Assembly: GCA_964570795.1 (NCBI GenBank)
Contig: CAZMYZ010000001.1
Location: forward strand, 42,722 to 106,721
Direction: 5' to 3'
Length of the DNA: 64,000 nt
Source: an uncultured Candidatus Saccharibacteria bacterium
Lineage (GTDB): Bacteria > Patescibacteriota > Minisyncoccia > Phycocordibacterales > UBA918
Both the position numbers and the translations under genes were made by a program. Under the pieces are notes generated by a model. The model was not told the origin of the DNA. It ran no database searches and saw nothing but the letters and a program-made list of their open reading frames with translations. Within the stretch, counting starts at the first letter, position 1; each line of letters opens with the position of its first letter. Below are positions 36,833 to 46,582 of this stretch, one piece after another.

Positions 36833-37483
36833 ATGATAGCAAAGATGCGAATAGGTTTATTACTATTGTTGTACATACTTTTTTCTCCGCACGCAGAGGC
36901 GTATGTGCCTGTTTTGGTGGAACAAGAGTCACTGAGTGACATTACGCAAATTACTGACCCTACACTCGCACAGGGTTTTTTTGGTACGCTTGATGACTTT
37001 CCACAGACATATGAAATTCATGCATCTGAGACCTTCACCCTCTATACACATATACGTACTCCCGACTTACCTACAAATACGAACGCGGTTGCAGGAATAA
37101 TTATAAAGGAACAGCGGCGAGGGGTTACCGAGATAACCCGCATGCATGCTAAAGATGCATCATGGGAAACGACATATGACGCACTTACCGGAAATTCCTA
37201 CCGTGAAGGAGCGACGTTTGAACAGGAACTTGGTCCTGGAGTGTATCGTATTGAAGTACACACGCCCGATAATGCAGAAAAATATATACTCATGGTGGGG
37301 AGACAGAACGACATGACTCTCGGTTACTTTGATCTTTTGGGTCGATTGATGGATGTGCAGCGGTTTAATGAGCGAAGCGCTTTTTGGGTCATTACTTCAC
37401 CATATGTATACGTGCCCCTTTTGATTATTGTGAGTGTAGTAGGTGGACTGTGGTGGTATATGCGCAGACGGGAGGTGGAGTAG
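36833..37483 (+). CDS. hypothetical secreted protein with C-terminal TM anchor
   Basis: Signal peptide MIAKMRIGLLLLLYILFSPHAEA and a C-terminal LLIIVSVVGGLWWYMRRR anchor. Confidence 0.45.
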   Translation: MIAKMRIGLLLLLYILFSPHAEAYVPVLVEQESLSDITQITDPTLAQGFFGTLDDFPQTYEIHASETFTLYTHIRTPDLPTNTNAVAGIIIKEQRRGVTEITRMHAKDASWETTYDALTGNSYREGATFEQELGPGVYRIEVHTPDNAEKYILMVGRQNDMTLGYFDLLGRLMDVQRFNERSAFWVITSPYVYVPLLIIVSVVGGLWWYMRRREVE

Positions 37484-37498
37484 TGATATACTGTAGTT

Positions 37499-37906
37499 AT
37501 GTTTTCATCACTCAATGAAGTTGCAATATTGGTTGCGGCAATCCTCGCAGTGTCTGTGGAGAGCATTTGGTACTCTCCACTTGTATTTGGTTCTGTGTGG
37601 AAAAAGTCCGCGGGTCTAACGCAGTATACAGAAGATGTTTCTACACTCCATATACTACGTATCACCGCGCAGTCGGTGGTTATGTACACACTTTTCTTTA
37701 TATGTGCCATGCAGGTACTCCACATACTCGGCGACGCAGTAACCTTTCTTCAGGGTGTGGGACTGCTCTGTGTACTTATAGTTACTTCTTTGATACTTGT
37801 TGCATGTCGTGAATTTCGCTCATGGATGTATGTAGCAGTTCATACGGGTTTTATTGTTACTACTCTTTTTGGTGGTTTGGGCGTCATTGTGTATTGGCCA
37901 TGGTAA
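37499..37906 (+). CDS. hypothetical integral membrane protein
   Basis: 135 aa with four predicted TM helices. Confidence 0.45.
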   Translation: MFSSLNEVAILVAAILAVSVESIWYSPLVFGSVWKKSAGLTQYTEDVSTLHILRITAQSVVMYTLFFICAMQVLHILGDAVTFLQGVGLLCVLIVTSLILVACREFRSWMYVAVHTGFIVTTLFGGLGVIVYWPW

Positions 37907-37930
37907 TTATTTACTGTATGCAACATATAT

Positions 37931-38407
37931 ATGTTTAATAAAATTCAAATAATACTCATTGTATTTCTTATTCCTCTCGGTGGTTTATATTTGTACGCAG
38001 AAAGTCAAAATACTACTATTAAAGAATTTTTCTTTCCTTCTACCCCTGTGGTGCACTTTGGTGATTTACCGGTACGTGTGGAAATTGTGGATTCAGAGGC
38101 AGAGCGAGCAAAAGGGCTTTCGGGAAGAACAGAAATTGGCGATCACCATTCAGGTATGTTTTTCATCTTCCCAAAGGCTGACTATATTGGTATTTGGATG
38201 AAGGATATGAAATTTCCTATTGATATTGTGTGGATAGATGCGGATTTAAATGTGATCGGCATTGAACGTAATGTGGCGACGGATACGTACCCGCGTATTT
38301 TCCATCCAGAAAAGCCAGTACAATACGTACTTGAGACTGAGGTGGGGTATAGCGATTTGGTGGGAATACATGTTGGACAGAAAGTCCGCATTCCTCTTGA
38401 GTATTAG
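37931..38407 (+). CDS. DUF192-domain protein (COG1430)
   Basis: Signal anchor, then GLSGRTEIGDHHSGMFFIF...IGIWMKDMKFPIDIVWID matching the DUF192 GLM/FWMK/PLDI pattern. Confidence 0.7.
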   Translation: MFNKIQIILIVFLIPLGGLYLYAESQNTTIKEFFFPSTPVVHFGDLPVRVEIVDSEAERAKGLSGRTEIGDHHSGMFFIFPKADYIGIWMKDMKFPIDIVWIDADLNVIGIERNVATDTYPRIFHPEKPVQYVLETEVGYSDLVGIHVGQKVRIPLEY

Positions 38408-38431
38408 TATAAATGTTGTATAATTTGTAAG

Positions 38432-38745
38432 CGTTTGTGATCGCCCTATACGCTTAGGCATATGGGGAGGAAAGTCCGAACACACACCAGGGAAATCCTG
38501 GAAGGGTAGCGGGTAACGCCCGTCGTGGGTGACCATAGCGTTGCGAACAGAAACGACCCGGTTAAGTCCGGCTGAAACGGCTAAATACGTACTTGTGTGC
38601 AAGGCCGTGTCCAGTGAAATAGAGTTGCTTTGCAACTCTTAGTGTTCCGCACATTTCACCAGGAAGTGCCGCATGAGCGCATTGGTAACAATGCGCCTAG
38701 GTAAATGATCACACTGGTTTTCCAGACAGAATTCGGCTTATAGAC
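38432..38745 (+). ncRNA. rnpB: RNase P RNA (reduced bacterial-type)
   Basis: GGAGGAAAGTCCGAACAC (P4 5' strand), GGTAACGCCCG, CTGAAACGG and the 3' ACAGAATTCGGCTTAT (P4 3' strand; consensus ACAGAACCCGGCTTA); 5'/3' ends pair (GCGTTTGT/ACAAAC); about 315 nt. Confidence 0.75.
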
Positions 38746-38772
38746 GTACAAACAGACGCCCCTTCAAGGGGC
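38743..38772 (+). terminator. rho-independent terminator after rnpB
   Basis: ACAGACGCCCC-TTCAA-GGGGCGTCTGT-TTGT. Confidence 0.6.
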
Positions 38773-38778
38773 GTCTGT

Positions 38779-41328
38779 TTGTATGTTAGAATTATCACTA
38801 TTGATAAGAGAAGATTAATCGAGGTTAACGTATTACGTATTTATATGCCCGAAGAACAAGTTCGCCAGAATGATCCTATTGCTGCTGCATTGTCGCGATT
38901 TGCACAAAATGTCCTTGTAGTAATATTTGGATTGCTACCACTCTTTTTTATTCCATCAGTCACTGCACCATTTGAGTATACAAAAGTCTTTTTGGTGGTT
39001 GCTGGACTTCTTGTTGCGCTCGTACTATATAGTCTCTCAGTACTGCGTTCGGGTGTGGTCTCTGTGGGGGTATCTTACACACTTCTCGCGCTATGGGGAG
39101 TAGTAGGTATGTCTTTTGCATCATCGCTACTTTCAGGTGACTTCAAAGATTCACTGGTAGGTGATTTGTTCAGTATTCACTCGACGGTATTCGTCGCGAT
39201 ACTCGCGCTTATTCCTACGGTGTGGGTGCTTTTGAAATCAAATAAAGCATCAGTGATGCGTATGTATGTGCTCTTTGCGGTAAGTACACTTGTGCTCGTA
39301 ATCTTCCATGTATTGCGTCTTATCTTTGGAGCAGAGTTTCTTTCGTTTGGTATTTTCACAAGTAACGTGTCGACACCAGTAGGGAGTTGGAATGATCTCG
39401 CGTTGTTCCTCGGTCTCACGATTATCCTTTCTCTTGTTGCGCTTGAGCAACTCAATCTCACCCGTGCAGGGCAATTGCTTTTTGCAGGAGTTACCCTCGT
39501 GTCGCTCTTTATGCTTGGGGTCATCAACTTCTTTATTGTATGGCTCATCCTTGGTCTTACAAGTTTAGTAATGGTGGTCTATTCCCTTGGGAAAGAACGC
39601 TTTACGGGCAGCCAACTCTCATTCACTCCTTCGGTGCGTACATTCAATAGTACTGCACTCGCCACCACACTCATTGTGTTTGGTGCTTCAGCACTCTTTG
39701 TGGTTGGTGGAGCAACACTTGGCGGCATGATCGCAAAGCATACGGGAGTTTCCTATGTGGAGGTGCGCCCTTCGTTCGAATCCACAGCAAATATCGCACG
39801 AAGTGTGTATAGCGAAAATGCGTTTCTCGGTATCGGCGCAAATAAATTTACTGATGCATGGCGTCTCTACAAAGACAATGCTATCAACATGACCCCATTC
39901 TGGAATACTGAGTTTAATGCAGGTAATGGTTACCTTACTACCTTCTTTGTGACGACCGGTGTTCTTGGAGGTGTTGCATGGATTATATTCTTTGGTGTCT
40001 ATATGGTGACTGGTGTCCGCAGACTGCTTGGTGCTGCAGAGGGGGATAGACTTTGGTATTTCATTGGCGTTTCCTCGTTTGTGAGTGCACTCTATATCTG
40101 GGGAATGTCGATAGTCTATGTGCCGGGGGTGGTCATCCTTCTTCTTGGTGCATTGTGCACAGGTGTTTCACTCACTGCCTTTTCGGTGCTTGATGCCGCG
40201 CATCCACGTTTGATTTCTGTGGGTACCAACCGACGTTCAGGCTTTATTCTCACGATGGTAGTGATTACTCTTATTATTGGTTCGGTGAGTGTGCTCTATG
40301 TTGCAGGACGACACTATTCATCGGTCTATACCTTTAATGAAAGTGTCCGTGCAATGCAAGAAGGAAAAAGTATTGATGAACTCGAACAAAAAGTGGAAAG
40401 CGCTTACAAACTTTCTTCGAGTGATATATTTGCGCGTCGTATTGCTGAATATCAACTTGCTCGTATGAGTGCATTGGTTGCGCTCAAGGAGCCTACTGAT
40501 GAAGATAGAGCACAATTTGAACGTGTGAGTATTATGGGTATCAACGCCGCTCAGCAGGCAGTACTTATGGATAGCCAGGAACCGACAAATTGGTCAGTAC
40601 TTGCAGGAATGTACAGTGTACTGGCGACAGTGGGGATCGAAGGCGCACAAGACCGCGCTCTTGAAGCTCTCCAGAAATCGCGTGCACTCAATCCAAAGAA
40701 TCCACTCCCATACCTTGAGTCAGCATTGGTAGAGGGACGTGCAGGGCGCACAGACCTTTCACGTGAGTACATCAATCAAGCAATTGCACTGAAGCCTAAC
40801 TACACCGAAGCATTTTATTTTCTTTCGCAACTTGAAATAGCAACAGGAAATGTAGAGGGCGCTGTTAAATCAACACAGTCTATTATTACGCTTGAGCCGA
40901 ATAATCCAGCACGGTACTACCAACTTGGTGTGCTTGAAAGTTCTCGCAATAATCTTGATGGTGCAATAGTTGCCTTTGAACAAGCAATAAAACTTGATAC
41001 CAACTACGCAAATGCACGCTACCTCCTCGCCATTGCGTATGACGCAAAGGGTCGTGGTGCAGATGCAAAGGCACAACTCGAAGCAGTGCTTGCACTCAAT
41101 CCTGGTAATACTGAAGTGACCGCACTCATCGATATTCTTTCGAAGGATGGTTCACTCGCACGTCTCCGTGAATCAGCAACGCAAACAACACAGATAGTGA
41201 ACGAGGCGACACCGGTAACCGATGAAAATGGTACAGTAAGTACCACACAGGCGGGTGAGACTGATTTGGTAACACCGGTGAACACCGCACCAAAGATAGA
41301 AGAAGAAACACCCGAAGCAGCACAATAA
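38779..41328 (+). CDS. O-antigen ligase/Wzy-like polytopic membrane protein with C-terminal TPR domain
   Basis: About 12-14 N-terminal TM helices and a C-terminal run of TPR repeats (ALKPNYTEAFYFLSQLEIATGNVEGA, LEPNNPARYYQLGVLE, LDTNYANARYLLAIAYDAKG); the stop abuts the murJ ATG; the true start may be 38845. Confidence 0.55.
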   Translation: MYVRIITIDKRRLIEVNVLRIYMPEEQVRQNDPIAAALSRFAQNVLVVIFGLLPLFFIPSVTAPFEYTKVFLVVAGLLVALVLYSLSVLRSGVVSVGVSYTLLALWGVVGMSFASSLLSGDFKDSLVGDLFSIHSTVFVAILALIPTVWVLLKSNKASVMRMYVLFAVSTLVLVIFHVLRLIFGAEFLSFGIFTSNVSTPVGSWNDLALFLGLTIILSLVALEQLNLTRAGQLLFAGVTLVSLFMLGVINFFIVWLILGLTSLVMVVYSLGKERFTGSQLSFTPSVRTFNSTALATTLIVFGASALFVVGGATLGGMIAKHTGVSYVEVRPSFESTANIARSVYSENAFLGIGANKFTDAWRLYKDNAINMTPFWNTEFNAGNGYLTTFFVTTGVLGGVAWIIFFGVYMVTGVRRLLGAAEGDRLWYFIGVSSFVSALYIWGMSIVYVPGVVILLLGALCTGVSLTAFSVLDAAHPRLISVGTNRRSGFILTMVVITLIIGSVSVLYVAGRHYSSVYTFNESVRAMQEGKSIDELEQKVESAYKLSSSDIFARRIAEYQLARMSALVALKEPTDEDRAQFERVSIMGINAAQQAVLMDSQEPTNWSVLAGMYSVLATVGIEGAQDRALEALQKSRALNPKNPLPYLESALVEGRAGRTDLSREYINQAIALKPNYTEAFYFLSQLEIATGNVEGAVKSTQSIITLEPNNPARYYQLGVLESSRNNLDGAIVAFEQAIKLDTNYANARYLLAIAYDAKGRGADAKAQLEAVLALNPGNTEVTALIDILSKDGSLARLRESATQTTQIVNEATPVTDENGTVSTTQAGETDLVTPVNTAPKIEEETPEAAQ

Positions 41329-43014
41329 ATGGTTCAAAACGTATTTAGAATTATGTATAAGGAGGTACGCGGCTTACATCAAGCCGCGTATGTTCTTGCG
41401 ATTTTTACATTTGGTTCCCAACTACTTGCATTGGTGCGCGATAGACTCCTTGCACACCAATTTGGTGCAAGTATTGAACTCGACCTCTATTACGCAGCAT
41501 TTCGTATTCCCGATGTACTCTATGTGATTTTTGCATCAACGCTTTCGGTGTATGTACTTATTCCATTTCTCGCTAAAAAAACAGAAACTGGTGTTCCTTA
41601 TGCTGCACAAAATTTGTTGTCACAGTTTTTCTCGTTGTTCATTATGCTTTATGGTGCGGTGGCGCTCATTGCGATGCTGTGTGCACCACTCATTGTGGTG
41701 TACGTATTTCCAGGATTTGTAGGAGAAAGTGATATGCTCGTTGCACTCATACGTCTCCTCCTCATTCAGCCGTTCCTTCTTGGCATCTCAAGCCTTTTCA
41801 GTATTGTGACGCAGATGGAACATCGCTTCATTCTCTATGCGCTCAGCCCACTTCTCTATAACCTTGGTATTATCGCAGGGCTCTTGTTCTTATATCCAAG
41901 TATGGGTGTGTATGGACTTGTGTTCGGTGTACTTCTGGGGGCGTTGGGGCATGTGTGTATCCAGATACCATCGGTGGTGAGAAGTCCTCTTGCACCACGC
42001 TTTGTCCGTGCTTTTGTTCTCGCCGATATTCTCATGGTATGCAAAACATCATTTACCCGTGCACTTACACTCTCATTACACCAATTGGTGCTCTTGGGTT
42101 TTGTGAGTGTTGCGAGTCTTATGGCGATAGGTTCGGTGTCGGTGTTTCAATTTGCATATAATTTGCAGTCAGTGCCACTTGCAATTATTGGCGTGAGTTA
42201 TTCGGTTGCTGCCTTTCCACTCCTTGCGCAACTGTATGCTGAAAAGCAGTATGCGCAGTTTGCGCACAACATCACGACAGCCCTTAAGCATATTTTCTTT
42301 TGGTCGCTTCCGGTGATTGCGCTCCTTGTGGTGATTCGTGCACAGTTTGTGCGCGTCGTCCTTGGGTCGGGTGCTTTTGATTGGAGCGACACACGTCTCA
42401 CCGCAGCGGTCCTCGCACTTTTTATTCTTTCACTCACCGCACAGACTGTACATCTCCTTATCGTGCGCGCACTCTATGCGGTAGAAAACAGCAGACTTCC
42501 ATTTTACGTAACGCTTTTTTCTTCTGCTCTTGCACTCTGTGGTGCGTACGCATTTCATACGATACTGCTCGCACAGGGTGATTTTTATACACTCATAGAG
42601 CGCCTCATGCGCCTTGAAGGTGTTTCGGGTATTGAAGTACTTGCACTCCCGCTTGGGTATTCATGTGCACTCATTGTGCATAGTGTCGCGCTGCTCATAC
42701 TCGCACGCACTCATGTATTCATTCAGAGCAGAACACTCATCGCACCATTCATACAGTCTTTCATCTCAGCACTCTTTGCAGGGTATGTTGCCTATACGCT
42801 CTTGAATTATTTCGTTCTCGTATTTACCGTTGATACTCTTCTCACGGTGTTTGCACAAGGATTCTTTGCAGCAGTGGGAGGGTGTGTTGGATACGTTGCT
42901 CTCCAGTACTTGTTCAAAAACGAGGAACTTATTGAAATTTCGAAGACTCTCCATAAACGCTTTTTGCGCCGTGATGTGGTGATACCTCAGGATGAAGACA
43001 CTCTTTCAGTTTAG
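41329..43014 (+). CDS. murJ: lipid II flippase MurJ (MviN)
   Basis: 561 aa with 14 TM helices and an N-terminal QLLALVRDRLLAHQFGAS...YYAAFRIPD MurJ signature. Confidence 0.85.
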   Translation: MVQNVFRIMYKEVRGLHQAAYVLAIFTFGSQLLALVRDRLLAHQFGASIELDLYYAAFRIPDVLYVIFASTLSVYVLIPFLAKKTETGVPYAAQNLLSQFFSLFIMLYGAVALIAMLCAPLIVVYVFPGFVGESDMLVALIRLLLIQPFLLGISSLFSIVTQMEHRFILYALSPLLYNLGIIAGLLFLYPSMGVYGLVFGVLLGALGHVCIQIPSVVRSPLAPRFVRAFVLADILMVCKTSFTRALTLSLHQLVLLGFVSVASLMAIGSVSVFQFAYNLQSVPLAIIGVSYSVAAFPLLAQLYAEKQYAQFAHNITTALKHIFFWSLPVIALLVVIRAQFVRVVLGSGAFDWSDTRLTAAVLALFILSLTAQTVHLLIVRALYAVENSRLPFYVTLFSSALALCGAYAFHTILLAQGDFYTLIERLMRLEGVSGIEVLALPLGYSCALIVHSVALLILARTHVFIQSRTLIAPFIQSFISALFAGYVAYTLLNYFVLVFTVDTLLTVFAQGFFAAVGGCVGYVALQYLFKNEELIEISKTLHKRFLRRDVVIPQDEDTLSV

Positions 43015-43053
43015 TGCAGTTTCGGGAGTCTATGGTAGAGTAGGGAACACAGT

Positions 43054-44838
43054 ATGAAGCAAATACGCAATTTTTCTATTATCGCACACATCGACCATGG
43101 TAAGTCGACCTTGGCTGACCGTATGCTCGAAATTACGCATACGGTAGAGGCGCGCAAGATGAAAGAGCAGGTACTCGACTCCATGGATCTTGAGCGTGAG
43201 CGTGGTATCACCATTAAAATGCAGCCGGTGCGCATGGAACACACTTTTAATGGTGTTGTGTATGAACTCAATCTCATCGACACTCCGGGGCACATCGACT
43301 TTTCATATGAGGTATCACGTGCGCTCAAGGCGGTGGAAGGAGTACTTTTGCTTGTCGATTCAACACAGGGTGTGCAGGCACAGACACTCTCGGTACTCAG
43401 CATGGCGCGCGAGCAGGGACTTACTATTATCCCCGTCCTTACAAAAATTGACGTTCCACATTCACGCCGCGAAGAAGTCATGGGTGAAGTGGTGACACTC
43501 CTTGGGTGTTCTCCTGAGGAAATTCAGTTTGTATCTGGAAAGACGGGGGAGAATGTAAAAGAGTTGCTCGACACCATCTGTGAGCGTATTCCACCACCAA
43601 AAGAAGCTGCAAACGATTCTTTCCGTGGTCTAGTATTTGATTTTCACTACTCCAATCACCGTGGAATTATTGTGTATTTTCGTGTATTCGATGGCAAGGT
43701 GCGGAAAGGTGACACGTTACGCTTTATAGCGGCCGGCCGCACGTTTAATGTGCTTGAGGTAGGTATTCAGTCACCACAGGAGACTCCGGTACAGGAACTT
43801 AATGCAGGCGAAATTGGCTACATTGTGACTGGCATCAAGGAGCCAGGAGTTGCTTCGGTGGGTGATACACTTGCCCTTGAGAAGGGGAGTAGAGAGCCTT
43901 TGGTGGGGTATCAGTCGGTACCGCCTGTGGTGTGGGCGTCAGTATTCCCAGAAAGTCAGGATGATTTTACTATTTTAAAGCAAGCGCTTGATAGATTGAA
44001 GATGTCTGATTCCTCGCTTTCCTACGAAGAAGAGTCCTCGGGGCTTCTCGGCCGTGGGTTCCGCTGTGGTTTTCTCGGTATGCTTCATTTAGAGATTGTG
44101 ACCGAGCGACTACGACGTGAGTTTGATATTGAAATCACGATCACCTCACCATCGATTGTGTATGAAATAACATACCCCGATGGACGTATTGAGGAGATAT
44201 ACGCAGCGTCACGATTTCCTGATTTTGGTTCAAAGGTGCAGATTCGCGAACCATGGATTCTTGCACAGATTATTTTGCCACCAACGTATCTGGGTGCGAT
44301 GATGACCCTGCTCTACGACCATGAGGCGAGCGTACTCGAGACTGAGGTTTTTGGTGACGGACGTAATCTCCTTACCGTAGAAATGCCACTCCGTGAACTC
44401 ATGCGTAATTTCTTTGACCGACTCAAGAATGCCACAAGTGGCTATGCATCACTCTCATACGAAATTGCCGAGATGCGCTCTGCCGATGTGTGCCGTCTGG
44501 ATGTACTTATTGCAGAGGAGGTGGTCCCTGCGTTTTCTCGTGTGGTAGGTATTCGCCGTGCAGAAATAGATGCAAAGGCTATTGTAGAGAAACTCTATAA
44601 TACATTGCCGCGACAACTCTTTGTAACCAAAATCCAAGCAAAAGCGATGGGGCGTATCATTTCCTCCCGCACACTATCAGCAATGAAAAAAGATGTGACT
44701 GGCTATCTCTATGGAGGGGATATTACCCGAAAAATGAAACTCCGTGAGAAACAAAAGCGTGGGAAAAAGCGCATGCTCGAGCATGCAAAGGTGAATATTC
44801 CTCCCGATGTCTTTATGAAGATTATTAAGGCAGAATAA
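43054..44838 (+). CDS. lepA: translation elongation factor 4 (LepA)
   Basis: NFSIIAHIDHGKSTLADR G-domain, DTPGHIDF and the LepA-specific C-terminal domain. Confidence 0.95.
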   Translation: MKQIRNFSIIAHIDHGKSTLADRMLEITHTVEARKMKEQVLDSMDLERERGITIKMQPVRMEHTFNGVVYELNLIDTPGHIDFSYEVSRALKAVEGVLLLVDSTQGVQAQTLSVLSMAREQGLTIIPVLTKIDVPHSRREEVMGEVVTLLGCSPEEIQFVSGKTGENVKELLDTICERIPPPKEAANDSFRGLVFDFHYSNHRGIIVYFRVFDGKVRKGDTLRFIAAGRTFNVLEVGIQSPQETPVQELNAGEIGYIVTGIKEPGVASVGDTLALEKGSREPLVGYQSVPPVVWASVFPESQDDFTILKQALDRLKMSDSSLSYEEESSGLLGRGFRCGFLGMLHLEIVTERLRREFDIEITITSPSIVYEITYPDGRIEEIYAASRFPDFGSKVQIREPWILAQIILPPTYLGAMMTLLYDHEASVLETEVFGDGRNLLTVEMPLRELMRNFFDRLKNATSGYASLSYEIAEMRSADVCRLDVLIAEEVVPAFSRVVGIRRAEIDAKAIVEKLYNTLPRQLFVTKIQAKAMGRIISSRTLSAMKKDVTGYLYGGDITRKMKLREKQKRGKKRMLEHAKVNIPPDVFMKIIKAE

Positions 44839-44875
44839 AAATCCCCCGCGGCCTACGGCCGCGGGGGATTTTTGC
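44839..44875. terminator. bidirectional rho-independent terminator
   Basis: AAAATCCCCCGCGGCC-TAC-GGCCGCGGGGGATTTTT. Confidence 0.75.
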
Positions 44876-44877
44876 TT

Positions 44878-44994
44878 AGAAACCACTGCCGCCCGAATAT
44901 GCAAAAATCATACTGAGGGCAATAATAATCGCGATGATAGACCAAATCCACTTAATCGTGGTCTTTGTCTTTTTATGAAATAAGAAGCTCATAG
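44878..44994 (-). CDS. possible 38-aa membrane micro-protein
   Basis: MSFLFHKKTKTTIKWIWSIIAIIIALSMIFAYSGGSGF*, one TM helix; below the ORF-track threshold, no other support. Confidence 0.2.
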
Positions 44995-45010
44995 GTTACA
45001 ATAGTAACAT

Positions 45011-45412
45011 ATGTTCGATTTTCATGAAAAGCGCAAAATACGGAGTATTGTGTACTCGAAGCCTGTGGTGGCAGTTTTGGTGATTATCACTGTCGTCCTT
45101 TCATTTTCCGTATACCATCGCTATACCGTAGCCGAGGAAATGAAACACAAACTCAATGTACGTGAGGATGAACTGCATGAGTTAGAACAGCGTGCTACGG
45201 TACTTGAATCCAAGGTGCAGTATCTGCGCGATGAGCGCGGGATTGAGGAAGAATTACGTAATCGCTTTGATGTGGTAAAGGAAGGGGAACAGGTGATTAT
45301 TTTGGTGGATGAGCCACAGGGTGGGGAGGGAAAGCGAGAGATACTACCACTCGAAGGCAAAGCACCGCATGCAGAAGATGATTCTTTCCTTGAAACATTT
45401 AAATTTTGGTAA
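45011..45412 (+). CDS. septum formation initiator family protein (FtsB/DivIC-like)
   Basis: N-terminal TM helix then a coiled coil (KLNVREDELHELEQRATVLESKVQYLRDERGIEEELRNRF). Confidence 0.5.
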   Translation: MFDFHEKRKIRSIVYSKPVVAVLVIITVVLSFSVYHRYTVAEEMKHKLNVREDELHELEQRATVLESKVQYLRDERGIEEELRNRFDVVKEGEQVIILVDEPQGGEGKREILPLEGKAPHAEDDSFLETFKFW

Positions 45413-45454
45413 TTTAGTATATACTGCTAGGACTTAATAATTTAGACTATCAAT

Positions 45455-45691
45455 ATGGATAAAAACGTAATGATTTACAGCACACCAACTTGTCATTTTT
45501 GTCATGCAGCAAAAGATTTTTTCACTGCAAATAATGTTGCTTTCAATGAATACAATGTAGCCGCAGATCTTGAAAAGCGAAAAGAAATGGTAGATATGAC
45601 CGGACAAATGGGTGTACCCGTCATTCGTATTGGTGATGATGTTATTGTCGGTTTCGACGAAGCAAAGATTAAAGAATTGCTCGCGGTATAA
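45455..45691 (+). CDS. glutaredoxin-family protein (NrdH/YruB-like)
   Basis: 78 aa with a CHFC active site after beta1 and a thioredoxin fold. Confidence 0.8.
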   Translation: MDKNVMIYSTPTCHFCHAAKDFFTANNVAFNEYNVAADLEKRKEMVDMTGQMGVPVIRIGDDVIVGFDEAKIKELLAV

Positions 45692-45727
45692 GTATTGCAC
45701 TATAAACCCAACGCACAAAACTAAAAG

Positions 45728-45758
45728 GAAAACCATCCCGACGGATGGTTTTCTTTAT
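45728..45758 (+). terminator. rho-independent terminator
   Basis: GAAAACCATCC-CGAC-GGATGGTTTTC-TTT. Confidence 0.65.
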
Positions 45759-45794
45759 GTTTTGTGCCCTAGGCAGGAATCGGACCCACATTGA

Positions 45795-45866
45795 TCCCTT
45801 AGGACGGGACAGTTCTATCCATTGAACTACTAGGGCGGTGCATCGATAGTATCATATCAAGAAGAT
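45795..45866 (-). tRNA. tRNA-Arg (anticodon CCU) with atypical T arm
   Basis: Acceptor GCCCTAG/CTAGGGC, anticodon arm GTCCC-GTCCTAA-GGGAT, T arm GTGGG-TCCGATT-CCTGC (two G-U pairs, loop TCC instead of TTC); discriminator A, no CCA. Confidence 0.65.
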
Positions 45867-45932
45867 AAATCGAACCATAGTGAATATGGTTGTAACCACA
45901 CACACCATTTTCTATATATATCATCTGCTATA

Positions 45933-46241
45933 ATGCTGTATATGAATGAAAAGGAAAATGACACACATAGAGAAATACTTGTACTTCTCAAGGAGAATTC
46001 TCGGTTAGTAAAAGAAAATAACGAGATGCTCCATAAGATGTATCAGTATGACATGATTACTTTTTGGCTCCGCATTGTGTGGTATGCAGCACTCATTGGA
46101 TTGCCATTTGCAGTGTACTTCTATTTCCTCGAACCCTATTTTGATGCGTTTGGTTCAAACTATGAACTTTTTAGGCAGGGAATGGCAGAAATACCAGGAC
46201 TTAAAGGCCTTGAAACACTCATGCCTTCCATAGGTAATTAG
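45933..46241 (+). CDS. hypothetical small membrane protein
   Basis: 102 aa with one central TM helix. Confidence 0.35.
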   Translation: MLYMNEKENDTHREILVLLKENSRLVKENNEMLHKMYQYDMITFWLRIVWYAALIGLPFAVYFYFLEPYFDAFGSNYELFRQGMAEIPGLKGLETLMPSIGN

Positions 46242-46350
46242 TGCGTGTTGTAGCCTTTATAGCCAAATCCCCACACTGTACTGATTTATAAAATATGCTA
46301 CTATCAGTGGGCAGATTTTCTGAGAGTTAAGGAAGCTCTTAGTATTTCTG

Positions 46351-46509
46351 CATTCGCTAAAGCAAGAGAAATCTTTCCGCAGCGGCATTCGGATGAAATG
46401 TATACAAGCATCCACTTCGATCCTCATTTGCTGAGGTAAGAGGAATCTTTCCGCAGCATCATTCGAAACACAAATGCAAAAGTGAACTTTTGCGCTTGGT
46501 TTCTCATTC
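46351..46509 (+). repeat. two tandem degenerate copies (~77-bp period) of the tRNA-Phe 5' end/leader
   Basis: GCATTCGCTAAAGCAAGAGAAATCTTTCCGCAGCGGCATTCGG (46351) and CTCATTTGCTGAGGTAAGAGGAATCTTTCCGCAGCATCATTCGAAAC (46424), compared with the real tRNA start CTCATTCGCTGAGGTAGCTCAG (46503). Confidence 0.5.
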
Positions 46510-46582
46510 GCTGAGGTAGCTCAGTTGGTAGAGCATTTGTCTGAAGAACAAAGGGTCGGCGGTTCGAGCCCGCCCCTCAGCA
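46510..46582 (+). tRNA. tRNA-Phe (anticodon GAA)
   Basis: Acceptor GCTGAGG/CCTCAGC, D arm TAGCTCAGTTGGTAGAGCA, anticodon loop CTGAAGA, T arm GGCGG-TTCGAGC-CCGCC. Confidence 0.9.
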
